Notes under the pieces: model-generated
What the model saw: only the letters and a program-made list of their open reading frames with translations
Database searches by the model: none
What the model was told of the DNA's origin: nothing
Made by a program: the position numbers and the translations under genes
DNA from: Anthoceros angustus
Taxonomy: Eukaryota > Plantae > Anthocerotophyta
Assembly (NCBI GenBank): GCA_010909165.1
Contig: VJWM01000197.1
Coordinates: 186,001-250,000 of the forward strand
Reading direction: 5' to 3'
DNA: 64,000 nucleotides
Shown here: positions 25,545 to 37,604 of the stretch, one piece after another
How positions within the stretch are numbered: the first letter of the stretch is position 1
Layout of the letters: every line of letters starts with the position of its first letter

Positions 25545-27383
25545 CTACAATGGAGTCCAATCAGGAGGTCATGGACAGCAGCAGAGACGGATTGTGTAGT
25601 CTATGGATATAAGCGACATCTTTCATCTCAATGACCTTTGGTCTGGATGTGGCACCCGAGGTATCGAGTTTGCTGCAAGATAGATCTGGTTGTTTGCCCA
25701 GACTTGTGAAGCTGTGGCCATGTACAACATAGTACACCATCTCCGAGTTGTTTAAGTGAGCTGTGAGCAAACTGACGTGCTGAGCCATTCATGCAGGCTA
25801 TGAAATCGGCTTCCGAAGCCAAGGAGGATGATAAGAGCACTAAGACAAGCTCTCCGGTTATATCATGACTATGGATGTGTACTGAGAGGCAGTACACGCA
25901 GCTGACATTATGGGGCCTATCATGCAACTACTTCATCACCACATTCGGAGTTCATTTTACTCTGGTGTCAGGCTTGTTCCTCTCATTGTGCTGCTTGCGG
26001 TTGTTCCAAACAGTAGCTCAAGCCCTTGGTACCAGGTCCCCCTGGCTAATTCCGTCGTCCTGACTATGATGTGAAGGAGATAGGATTGGCTCGAGAACTT
26101 GGGTACGGCTTGCTCCACTCACAACCACCTTGGTGAGTATCTGTGTACTGCCCCCTGCAAAACTGGCAAGCGAGCATCCCTTGTCACTGTAGACCCAATC
26201 AGGTTGTGGAATCCAATCGCGTCCCAGCCTGGAATGCATATCTGCATTGTCCATTACAGCCTCAGTGCGTCCTCAAGCATGCACTGGTATAACCCGCGTC
26301 CTCCCAGGGAGGAGGCTGCTCTCACACCCCATGCCCGGAATGAGGTTGCACAAAACTGCATTCCGCTGCCCTTCGCACAAAACTTTTCCCAACCACCCTT
26401 ACGGCATCGGTGCGGACAAAATTCAAAACTCTCCTGACTCTTCTCTTGGCAACACATCCTGTAATGACTAGTCACAAAACTAATTTGGCAGTGAAACGTC
26501 TGTCCCGAAGGCAAGACCGTCCAACCAGAATCACCGGAGAGAGCACAGTTGGAAGCCTGACGATCGATATGGTTGTCTCCAGTCGGAGCCGTACGGATTT
26601 GCAATTCGCAGGCACGAGTGCCCTTGCTTCACTCATGTGTGACATTTCATGTTCGGATTAGCCGCGTCCATAAGATAATCGACAGGAAACCGTCTGTGTC
26701 ACAGCCATCATCGGTTGCAGTTTGGCGAGCATAATTCAGCCATGGAGGCGGGCCCGCCTCGGGCCAGCTGAATCTCTCCTTCAACCCAAAAGCAAAACCT
26801 TCGCGAAAGCAAAGAGCGACAGAGTACGGGGGAGTTGGCATCAAGAATGCGAATATGCCGGGAAAAATGCACGCGTACAACGTTCAGCCTCGATTGATGC
26901 CGACGCTCTGAGCTGCCCCGAAGTGCGGCAGGGATGGGGTCCGAAAGAGCCTGGAACAAGTCAAGTCGTGTGTTGGCAGTGTCAGGCAGACGGCGAGGTC
27001 CGATAGTGAGATACAGTTGCCGCATTTTCCCCCGGGATCAGCATATGCCGACGGAGTATAAATTCCCCGTCCTGCCTCAGAGGAGGATGGAGCACACACC
27101 CGTGAGCTCGGCATTCTGAGTTGGTCAGGAGTCTGGTACATCTCTTCTACTCTGCTTTCTTGGACGCTAGCACGGACAAGTCGATGTACTTTTGTCTTGT
27201 CTGTCAGCACCTCAATTTCCTGCTCTGGCATTGGGAGATTTCCTGCTCTGGAATTGGGAGATTCTAATTGTGTCGAGATGAGGCGACCGTTCCGTGCGCA
27301 TGACGGTGGAAGAATTTTGATGTCCGCGCTGGACCTTCTTTCCAATTCACACGGATTCATGTGCTTTCGCAGGCTGGTGTGAA

Positions 27384-29469
27384 ATGGCTCTCCTTCAAGT
27401 GTTTGGCTTGGCTGTGCTTTTGGCGCTGCAAGTCTGTGATGCTGGAGATACCAGCCGGTACGTCCGGAGGCTGGCGGAATCTGAAGATCTGCCGCTGGAC
27501 AGCCCTTACTTTGCTGTGCCGCCTGGATACAACGCTCCTCAGCAGGTGAGCGATTCGACAGAGTTGCAAGGTTTTGAAATCGTTTTTACTTCTGCAGTTG
27601 CAGACTTCGCTAAATCTGCTTCACACTGTCCTGGAATTCAAGGTGCATATAACACAGGGAGACCATGACGGAAAGGCTGTGATTGTGTCCTGGATCACGC
27701 CGTCCGGGGCCGGAGAAAGCGTGGTGCTCTACGGGTTGCGCAAGGGTAGTTACCCATACAAGGCCAAGGGCAAGTATACCCGGTACACCTACTACAACTA
27801 CACATCCGGATACATCCATCATGTGACACTGCGGGATCTCAAGGTATGGATATATCTCCTTGCCCCTACACTTTGATCTTGCCATGGTCATACCACTGTT
27901 CATTGGTGTTGGACGTTTGTCAGCATTTTTCTTGGTGGTAACAAGACTCTGAGCCATATGTGTGTGCTGCTGACAGGCTTCCACGAGGTATTACTACAAA
28001 GTTGGTGAAGGATCCTCTGCTAGGGAGTTCTGGTTTGATACTCCTCCAGAGGTGAATCCGGACGCTGCCTACACGTTTGGTGTGATAGGTGAGGGAGCTT
28101 TCCAGATCTCCGACCTCTGGCCGCAGTGCTTTATGGGGAATGCAGTTTCCTTGCTCACACCACCTCTGCTCTTGGCTGATGGCAGGAGACTTGGGGCAGA
28201 CCTACGATTCTGCATCAACCCTGGAACATTACTTGCAAAGTAGTGGCAAGACTCTCCTCTATGTTGGAGACCTGTCGTATGCTGACAACTACGATTTTGA
28301 TGACGGAAACAGGTGGGATACATGGGGCCGTTTTGTGGAGCGTAGCACCGCGTATCAGCCCTGGATATGGACTGCAGGTAACCATGAGATCGAGTTCCAC
28401 CCAGAATATGTAAGTAATTTCAAGGGCCTCCTGCACTTCACAGTCTCCACTACATGAGAACATCCTCACCTGGTCTTGTACGTTGGTTTGGCACAGAATG
28501 AGGTGAAAGCCTTCAAGCCCTATCAGCATCGGTTCCATGTGCCCTTCAAAGCTTCCCAAAGCACTTCCAGTTTGTGGTATTCTGTCCGGCGAGCATCAGC
28601 TCACATAATAGTACTCTCGTCTTACTCCGGTTTCTGTGAGTCTTTCCCCGGCGACCTCTCATTTCGATCCATTTTCCCGCAAATTTTGTTGTGACTTGAA
28701 TCGTGCTCTGCAGCCCGTTACACGCCGCAATGGAAGTGGCTCCAGATTGAGTTCACCAAGGTTAACCGAACTGTGACACCATGGCTCATTATCCTTTTGC
28801 ACTCCCCGTGGTACAACAGCAATAGCTACCACTACTTCGAAGGAGAACCCATGCGCGTTCAGCTCGAGCCGTGGGTCGTGCAGTACAAGGTTGACATAAT
28901 ATTTGCAGGTCATGTGCACGCCTATGAGAGGACGGTAAACACTCACAACTTTGAATTTAGACCTTGAAGTCCGAATTTGTTTGCGGCAGCTGATCTAATC
29001 TGATGGACAGGTTAAAGGTCTTTTCACAGGAAGCCTTACCGTATCTCCCCTGCCTGTGCAGAAACGCATTTCCAACATACGTTATAACATCACAAATGGA
29101 CTGTGCACCCCCGTACCAGATGAATCTGCTCCAGTGTACGTAACCATAGGGGATGGTGGCAACAAGGAGGGGCTCGCAGCCAAGTAAGTTGCCCTTGGAA
29201 CACTACCAACTTGAAAGGCCTTGTATACTTTGGGTCAATCTTCTGACTCTTGCTCTGAACTGTGCAGTTTCACAGAACCTCAACCCGACTACTCAGCTTT
29301 CAGGGAGGCCAGCTTCGGGCATGCCCTTCTTGAGATCAAGAACAAAACGCATGCACTTTACTCGTGGCATCGCAACCAAGACGGAGAGGCTGTGACTGCA
29401 GACTCATCCTGGTTGGTCAACAGATATTGGGCTTCGCAAGACCCAACCCTCGATAGCCAGACGGGTTGA
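27384..29469 (+). CDS. PAP: Purple acid phosphatase (PAP10/12/26 type, secreted), about 8 exons
   Basis: Signal peptide; [16 protein letters not shown]; metal-binding motifs [23 protein letters not shown] and GHVHAYER. Confidence 0.96.
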
Positions 29470-29719
29470 TGACCTGCGCAAGAGACATGCATTATATGTC
29501 TGGCATTCTTGCCCGGTATGCTTGGAACAGGATTTGCAATGCTTTCAGAAAATGAGACTCCACTCGGGTCACATATTCTCTTGACGGATTGTCACCAGGT
29601 TCTCTGCAAGGTGAATGAAGCCCTTTCTAGAAAGCCTTGTTTGTGTGTGTAGTGAATGGAGAAGACCAAAAGAACATTCGTGGATTCAACCTCGAGCGTA
29701 TATTTTCAAAGTAACTCAT

Positions 29720-30350
29720 CTTTTTCATGCGTCCCTTGTGCTAGCAACCGACATATCTGATTGAACCCTGCTGGACTGCAGCAGCCTATGCATTCTCAGC
29801 GACTTCAGAATTCGGCCGGACGCAAAGCCAAACACATGACACACCGCTTGCAGTATGCTTACAGACGTCTACCGTTCCTGTCTGCTGAGTGTTTAAAATG
29901 CCGTTCGTCCCCGGTTCGGCTCCGCGTATGATCGTATCTTGCAAGTCCACCACACCACAATCCGCTGGAGATGCTTTCAAAACCCCTCAGCTGCAGCCTT
30001 CCTGCTCTCGCACCTTGCTTTCGCGCTCACCAAAGAGGTGCCGACTAATACATCTGCTTCAAACCCTCTGGTCTTGGGCGTAGCATATGTTGTCTTCCAT
30101 TTTACAGGGTCTCCATCCCCGCATTTCCGCATTTCACAAGGGCACACTACTCCGTTTCTTCAAGTGTGCTGCATGCTTGGAGGTCCGCACATCTGACCCC
30201 ACCGTTTGCCACTTGCATTTGGCGGTAGTATCTTGTTCAACGCGGCAACCATCAAATTCCACCACTGCATCAGGCTGAGCAGTCCTCCGAGGATCTGCTG
30301 AATCCTCTGTCACCAAAACCTCACATGTGGCAAAGCCGTTCTCTTGCCCA
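29720..30350 (-). pseudogene. Decayed PLS-class PPR fragment
   Basis: One minus frame reads RGFEADVLVGTSLVSAKARC...F*KHLQRIVVWWT...SYA...F*...*TSVSILQAV...MHRLLQSSRVQSDMSVA. This aligns by eye to S/P/L motifs, with 3 internal stops. Confidence 0.7.
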
Positions 30351-30630
30351 TACACTTGCTTTCAAGTTCCTGGGCTCTGTCTTGATAATATCCAGCAAAA
30401 TATTTTTGTTGGAATATGACATTGGCAAATTTATTAGGTAACGTAAAGATCCAAGAATCAATGGCAACGAGATCATTAAATTTGATAAAAACGACATGCT
30501 AATTGACGGATTGCCACCAATATCGAGGATTTGCCTACAAGATTGCTCGCAAGAAAGACGTAGATACGTGTGTGCTTATAATGAAGAACTTTATTTACGG
30601 GAAAGAGATGGAGTGAATTCATCTGAAAAG

Positions 30631-30950
30631 TTTTTTTTGAGGTGAAAAAACGATGGGAAGAGCTCATTCAGGATAGGACAACCAAAGGGGACTAGGGCAT
30701 CGAGGTGGAGAGGAGCGACTGAGCTCCCTACCTAAAGTCACCTACTGCACCCACAATGTCATTAGCAGAAAGAATAAACGGCCTGCAAACCACGGAGGTA
30801 GAGGAAGATGCGTCACCCACTACCGCCGTCTTGTGGAGGATCGCCATTGAGAGCGCCCGTGGAAGAGCAATTGAAACCCGTTGTCGGAAGTATGCTGTGA
30901 AGTACGAGAGGGATAGACCCGCGCCGTCTATAATGAAGCGCCTCACTTGT
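30631..30950 (-). mobile_element. 5'-truncated 3' end of a non-LTR retroelement with REL-endonuclease-type (CRE/R2-like) C-terminus
   Basis: YFRQRVSIALPRALSMAILHK resembles the F.QRLSxALQRxxA terminus of REL-type elements. The stop at 30728 is followed by a ~90-nt UTR and A8 at 30638-30631. Confidence 0.55.
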
Positions 30951-31444
30951 TCTCATATATGTATATATCAACGGGCTTTAATCAGTCCTAAAAAAAGAAT
31001 TTTTAATTATTTATTTATTAAATCTAATAAAAGTTTATTTGGAGTTTAATTTTATCATAAAACCGTCTTGAGAAGTGATATCGTTTCCAAGAGTTCATTC
31101 AAACTTCATGGTTAGATATTACCTTAGGCTCACTCTTTAGTTGGATCATCATTGGGATGAGATGTCATCTACCCTGAACACTTTGGGGCCTTTCATCACT
31201 TGCCTATTGTAAAGCCTTTCGAGTTGTAATGCATTTTTAGGCCTCCTAGTTGGTTATCTCATTGAAATCCACTATCGACTTATCAGGACTATGTCACCGC
31301 TCCTTTTTCAGCGACCTAGGGTCCGTCTAGTTCAAGTGGAAAGTAAATATTCTATCTATTCACTATAAAGAAAAACTCTCATGGTCATCAATCAACATTT
31401 CAAGCTTTAACAAATCACATTTTGAAATCACATCACTTAAAACC

Positions 31445-31573
31445 AGGATGTTATCTAAGTAAGCAATCTTTACAAAAAAGAAAAAGAAAAAGAGTAAGCA
31501 ATCTTTACAAAAAAAAAAGAAAATAAGTAAGCAATCTTTACTAGGTAATGATTGCTTACTTGGATAACATCCT
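31445..31573. repeat. Fold-back element: 24-bp inverted repeats around three TAAGCAATCTTTAC copies
   Basis: AGGATGTTATCTAAGTAAGCAATC vs GATTGCTTACTTGGATAACATCCT (1 mismatch); A-rich spacers. Confidence 0.75.
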
Positions 31574-32176
31574 CGTTTAAGTATTACCACACAACTCAAT
31601 AATATTTTAAAAATTTATTTACTTGGAAAAACAAAGGATTGCTTACTCCAAAGGCATCCTTGTATATAACTATATAAGTATACATTGGAAAAGAAATGGT
31701 TTATACATAATTATTATATCTCCTAATTTAAAAGTTATTTAGTTCTTAAGTTAAGTTCAAGCTGATTGATAATGTCTCGCGCTGAAGAACTCATTTGAGA
31801 GAGTCGACGTTCACACGTGAGATGACCAAAAAAACATATATTACGTGTCCTAAGAAACTCTCTCTTTTTTTTACATATAAATTATTTTTTATGTAATTTG
31901 ATGCATCTATACTGTAGACCATCGATTTTGCTCTAGTAAAGAGTAACTCCTTAATAGGTTTAGGGTTATCACTCACTATAGGCACAAAGTAGGGCTTTTG
32001 GTGTCCTAGTTCACTACTTTGTTTGGACAATGTATCAGTTACCCTTCCGGCCGTAGTACTGACCCCGCCTTCGTGTTGTCGGGCCAAGTTCTCAAGTCAA
32101 AGCATGATCAAAGTTGTATAAGGCTTACGGAGCAATAGCAAGGTGTGACGATTTCCGTGTCTCATAACTCTGACCC

Positions 32177-32230
32177 CCTCGGATCCTCTTCGCCGAGCTG
32201 CTGCCTCGGATCCTCTTCGCCGAGCTGCTG
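32177..32230. repeat. Perfect 27-bp tandem duplication
   Basis: CCTCGGATCCTCTTCGCCGAGCTGCTG twice. Confidence 0.92.
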
Positions 32231-32814
32231 TGATATACAGGTCTTGTGCGCCAACCCCAAGATTCTCTTTGCCAAACTGCAGCGAGATCTTGTACCCCCA
32301 CCCAAGGATCCCTTTTGCGAGGTGCATGATACATTGTCTCCGCATGAAGCAACCTTAGAACAACCGCTAAGCAGGAGATGCAGTCTGCTACCACCTAGCG
32401 GTATGTATTTCTTCCAGACATGATATCATACTTTATAGGTGATGTTAGGTACAAATCATTACTACTTTTCTTGCCTTCCATATCTAAGTCTAGGTGTGAA
32501 ACATAGCTCCAATTTCCTCCTCACTACTTAATCCGAAAGTGCAGGTTGGATATATGGGTTACATCACGATGGTAAGTTTGCCCTTGAGGGCATTTGCCTC
32601 GGAAGTCGCTTTAAAAGAGTGCAAGTTCTTGAGGGACCGAGAGAAAATCATGTAGGTTGCGGGGATCCGTGTCCCCTTTTCCATGGCACACACTTTGAGC
32701 ACGCGGTTGGAAGCAAGATGATAACGCTGTGCCAATTGTTTCCGTGAAATCTATCATGCATCTTGATGTGATTGTTGAAGTGATGTCTTTCAGGTGTGGG
32801 ATTAAGGCGCAGCA

Positions 32815-33339
32815 ATGGGAGGACCTGTCGAAAGCAAGCCACCACAGGAAACCAAGACTCTCCCGGCGGGGCCAGTCATGACGAAAGAGCAGCTGGACAC
32901 ATTGCGTCGGCAGATTTCAACCTACGCCACCCTGTGCAGCCAGCTTGTGGAACTGCGGCGCAAGTCCAACCCTGAGCGAGATGTCCCGTCCGGCACGACA
33001 ACCATGGCCAACACCAGTTCCAAAGACAAGGGCAAGCGGCGCTGGGCCCCCAGCCAGAAGCAGCTCCAGACTCTCAAGAGGATTTTCAAAGAAGTCGGCG
33101 GCACTCCGGCTAGACAGGGAATCCGGGAGATTGCTGCTGATCTGAGCAAGTACGGTCCGATTAACGAGTCTAACGTCTACAATTGGTTCCAAAATCGGAA
33201 AGCTAGAGCTAAGAAAGCTTTTGGGAGTCGCAGGAGGAGGAGGTTTCCGCAGGATGACATAGCCGCAATGCATGACCAGGGTACAGCAGTAGGACAGGCT
33301 GATGGGGGCGAGCTTGCTCGAGCGGATGCGGGGATGTAG
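32815..33339 (+). CDS. WOX13: WUSCHEL-related homeobox, ancient (WOX13/T1) clade, intronless
   Basis: N-terminal MTKEQLDTLRRQISTYATLCSQLVE motif and homeodomain RRWAPSQKQLQTL...NVYNWFQNRKAR in one 174-aa ORF. Confidence 0.9.
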   Translation: MGGPVESKPPQETKTLPAGPVMTKEQLDTLRRQISTYATLCSQLVELRRKSNPERDVPSGTTTMANTSSKDKGKRRWAPSQKQLQTLKRIFKEVGGTPARQGIREIAADLSKYGPINESNVYNWFQNRKARAKKAFGSRRRRRFPQDDIAAMHDQGTAVGQADGGELARADAGM

Positions 33340-34096
33340 GCTCTCCGCATTCTACGTATCACTTCTACATCCTATTTATGTTTTTCTTCAACTTATTGGA
33401 ATAGATTTGTTGTGCACATGATGGATCGGATGCTTCTTGCCACAAATTGCAAACGACATGTACCAAACTGCTTGTCAAAATGCTCCCGGGCTTGAGTTTT
33501 CAAGTTACAAAGGCAGCTCGATAGTAGCAGTACACTGAAACACGAGAAGCAAGCTGGAGCTCGCGAATGAAGCTTGTTCACTGTCCTGTGTAAGGGAATG
33601 TGGTGGATCCGGAGATCCCGAAAAACCGTCAATCTTTTATGGACATGTACTGCTTCACTTTCTTTCTAAGAGCACAGTCTAGGGTAAGCTAAGCAGAGCC
33701 TCATGCGCTCTGGGTAGCGCATGTCGCCTGCTCACATCTCCCTCTGTCCACTGTGGCTGCATGTTTCTGCTATCTGTGCGTTGGTGATGCAGGTGGTCAT
33801 CGTCATCACTTATATTCTCTCATGACGCTGTCAGTTCCCAGGTCCCGTGAGCTGAGTTGAGTTAATTGGAGATGGTGGCTACTGACTGGGGACACACTAT
33901 GCATATAAGGAGCTGAGGGAGCTGAGAGTAGCAATTTCTTTTCTTTTGTTTGACGGTTTGAGAATTGGATCTGTAGAAGGATGCAGATAGCGGAGTTGTT
34001 TGCTTTGTGATCGGGGATTGTGCTGCGGCTGTTTGGGGGTGGGCTCTCCGTAGGCGAGCCAGCAGCCAGATCTGTGGTCATCTGTAGGCCGATTAA

Positions 34097-35122
34097 ATGG
34101 ATTATGACTATATTGAGGATGACAGGCCACGGTTTCAGCTCGCGTCCGGGCCCGTCGCGGTGGCGGAAGAGAAGAAGGTGGACCTGAAGCAGGTTGCGGT
34201 GTGCTCGGCGCTTGCAATTGTGCTGTTAGGTTATGGCTGGATGGTCGGACGCAGTTTCATTCAGTTCTTTGCCGTTTGGGTGGCTATTGCTTTCCTTGTT
34301 GGTCCTTTCGCACCTGTATCCTACACAGGAGGGGACTGGAGGGTGGGGGTAGGAGAGCTGCTTCCAGATGAGCAGATCGAGCCTGATCTCGGCGAGCCTG
34401 AGAAGCGGCAAGGTGGAAGAAGGAGGCAGGATAGTGCTCTGAACAGAGTGCAGTCAAGGGAAAGTCTGCAATCGGCAGCGGTGGAGAAGACCAAAGGGAC
34501 CGCCGTGGATGAGGGCCTGAGCAAAGATTTGCATGAGAGTGAACCTATTGAGCCCGAGACCGTAGATCCCTCGGGCGAAGCGGAATGGACTGCCGCGGAC
34601 TTCGGTCTGTTGAGGAAGCAGATGGCCAAACATCCGCGTGGAACCGGGAAAAGGTGGGAGGTAATCTCCGAGGTCTTTCAGGGTGCGCACAGTGTTGACA
34701 GTGTGATCAAGATGGCCAAGGCCCTGGGAGAGCGGAAACCTGCTGATGATGATTCGTATGCTAGATTCCTGGCTCAGAGGAAGGCCGGCCATGTGGACAT
34801 CTCTTCCCCCTTGAGTAAGAGGGAGGCCCAAGGCGTGCTTGGAGCCAAAAGCCTATCAAACGGCACGTCAAACAGAATTGTGGAAAACGGGGAGGAGGGT
34901 TCACATGCAGGACAGACGAAGTCTTCGCTGTGGAGTGAAGCAGATGATAAATCTCTCCTCAAAGCTTTGAAAGAGTTTCCGAAGGACACTCCTATGAGGT
35001 GGGACAAGGTGGCAGCAGCAATTCCTGGGAAATCTAAGGCCCAGTGCTTCAGACGGTTTGCTGATCTGCGCGACACCTATCGCAGCAAGAAAGGAGCCGA
35101 CAGTCTTGCAGAGCTGGAATAA
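34097..35122 (+). CDS. MAMYB: Membrane-anchored MYB/SANT protein (MAMYB-like), single exon
   Basis: Two N-terminal TM helices; SANT1 EWTAADF..LRKQMAKHPRGTGKRWEVI; SANT2 WSEADDKSLLKALKEFPKDTPMRWDKVAAAIPGKSKAQC. Confidence 0.88.
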   Translation: MDYDYIEDDRPRFQLASGPVAVAEEKKVDLKQVAVCSALAIVLLGYGWMVGRSFIQFFAVWVAIAFLVGPFAPVSYTGGDWRVGVGELLPDEQIEPDLGEPEKRQGGRRRQDSALNRVQSRESLQSAAVEKTKGTAVDEGLSKDLHESEPIEPETVDPSGEAEWTAADFGLLRKQMAKHPRGTGKRWEVISEVFQGAHSVDSVIKMAKALGERKPADDDSYARFLAQRKAGHVDISSPLSKREAQGVLGAKSLSNGTSNRIVENGEEGSHAGQTKSSLWSEADDKSLLKALKEFPKDTPMRWDKVAAAIPGKSKAQCFRRFADLRDTYRSKKGADSLAELE

Positions 35123-35395
35123 GTCACAGAGAGGCTAGCCTGCAGTTTTGGGAAGAGGATGCACATGCAATTCTTTCTACGTAGAAACTCGTTGCTGAGC
35201 TAATTATTTTCCATCTTCACGCCTGACGTACTGTACGACAGGAAAAACGTTTATGTGCCGACTAGCAAACTTCGGCAACAACAGTTCAGGATAGCAAAGT
35301 TTCTCAACAAACACATTTGTGCATCTCTGTGGCACCGGCCACCTCACCGAAGGTTTTCCTCTCCGCTTGAATTCCAATTCCCAGCCCATAAGCTC

Positions 35396-37434
35396 TCAGC
35401 TGTGAACGTTGAAGGTTGTGAGCCTCGGGAATAAAAGGAGCAAGTCATGTCGAGCACGATTCTGAAGACATTTCAATCTAGTTTGTTAGCACGGCCTTAA
35501 ACATCAACAAGCCCTAGGAAAAATACGGGGATGGACCAACCTTAATATTTATGCAACCATTTACGTCCAGAGTTGTAAGAGAATGAGCACATGATTTCGA
35601 AAGCCTCCTGAGCGCATCATCCGTAACTCCAAGCAGACCATGCAGACTAAGGAAGCAAAGAGGGATATAAGTACAAACCCTGCCGCTTTGAAATGCCTAA
35701 CCGTCTTAAGAGCGTCAGTGCACGTGTAACCCACCTCCAAAGCTCTAGAGCTAGGGAGTTGTCGGCAAGTGCAAACATGCCAGCATCCGTGGTTCTTACA
35801 CACCTGTTCCACAGTGAACAACGACTTACCTGAGCGCATATCGTATCCAGTTTCCTGCCAAGACTGAATCCAGGGTGTTCAAGAGGGACTCACCATGTCA
35901 AGTTCAAGGAAACCAGACTCCTGCATTTTGCGATTGCTTGGAGACCAAGATCGGTAAGATGCTGTAGGCAATCTTCGGGTGAGAACCTATCTGCAACAGC
36001 AAAGCCCAAGCAAAAGATTGACTTCCCAAGGAGTTTACCTGGGCCCCACATAGATCCAACAGTCTCAGGTCTTGCAACTTCGAAAGCCTCGTAAACGACT
36101 TGTCTGTGAGACTGCAACATTCACAGTCATATAATCAGGTTTGCTGCTTTCTTGAGAAACAACACCCAAGCCACTCGGCCTCAACAAGACACCCACTTGG
36201 GAATAGCATAAAGGTAGAGCTCTTCAAGTTTCTGACAACTGTCCAGTAGCTGCAGTAATCCAGCATCGGTCAGCTTCACACACCTGCATGCAGATGGATT
36301 ATTCAAGCACAATACTGACAAAAAGCAACAACACACCTTCACCATCTATACTAACCTTGTCAGGTTCAGTTTCTTCATGTTCTTGCGGTCTTTTGCAATA
36401 CAGCCCAAACTCGAATCCGTGATGTTCTGTGACGAAAAGGGCCAGGTTACAGCAGAGTACCAAGGTTTGACCATGACAAAGACTGCAGACTCTCTAATAC
36501 AATGAGAAAGGGGCACGCAGCAAAACCTTGCAGCCACTAAGATTCAAATTCGTGAGTCCTTGACAGTAAGTCACAAGGGTCTCAACAGTGCGGTCTGTGA
36601 CACTGGACAGTGCAAAAAATTAGCAAAACCAGATCTCTTCTCTCCAAACCCAGCAAGCACATAAGGAACAGCCTGGAAGACTGGTCCACTAACTTCAGGT
36701 TCCAGTAGAGCGAAATCTCTTCCAGCCTGAGGAAGGATAAAGCCACCAGTCTGATGCCATCAGCAGTGACTTTTTGGCAGGCATTAAGATTGAGCCGCCT
36801 CAAATTCTGCATCCAGCTCCACGAAGCCTTAAGTTACCACAAAGCCGAACTGCACACTACAGCTCAGACCAGACTACGTCATGGAGCTCAACCACCATGT
36901 TTTAAACGTCAGAGGCGTCACCTGCAAACAGTACCTTGAAGGGCAGGTTCTTCAAATGGCTGTCCTCCAGGGTCTGGGCAAATTCAAGATTGAGCTCCTC
37001 CAGATTCTGGTATCGTTCCTGATGCTCCAACCAAGCACAGCAATAAGAAACAGAGAAAATGCCTCCAATCCGCACAATTTTCCCACCCTGCCAGTGTTGC
37101 GACATACACACAGGATGCAGGCCTCGTCCATACCAGAGTCTTCGATTCCTGTAAACGTTCTCCTGGATTCTTAATTCCCCTAAGATCCAGCGCCTGCATT
37201 ATACAATCTCCACAGAATATCAGCCCTTTGCCGCTGGCCAAATTTCAAATTCTGGAAACGGGACGGCCTTCTGGTGGGTACCTTCCACAAGGGCGCGTGT
37301 GCAGATAAAAGGTTGCGGCAAGCGGTATTGACACACAGCAAGGCGCAGACATCCCGCTGGCACAGATGAATGGTCACCAGCTTTAGAACCTCGGGCAACA
37401 CGACCCGCGACCATCGACCCTCCAGCTCCTCCAT
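35396..37434 (-). CDS. F-box/LRR protein (At3g58530-like), multi-exon
   Basis: MEELEGRWSRVVLPEVL; LRR exons LNLEFAQ, LNLNACQKVT..ISLYWNLK, LNLTW-CVRTTDAG, LHGLLGVTD..LDVNGCINIK and last exon RHDLLLLFPRLTTFNVHS*. Confidence 0.9.
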
Positions 37435-37604
37435 CTCCACCTGGAGCGCAACTTGGCGTATGCTATATTTTCAAGTCTATGTATATGTATTGCATCGAAA
37501 CCCTAAAAAACAGGAACCTATATAGTGTTTGCCGAATCCTCCGATATACGTGACAGCTTTTCCCTGAATAGTGCTGTGGGCTGCAGACGCTCTTACGCTG
37601 TAGG
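37435..37604. promoter_or_regulatory. Putative bidirectional promoter (F-box / RPC6)
   Basis: Divergent start codons 170 bp apart; contains an AAACCCTA (telo-box-like) motif at ~37499. Confidence 0.5.
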
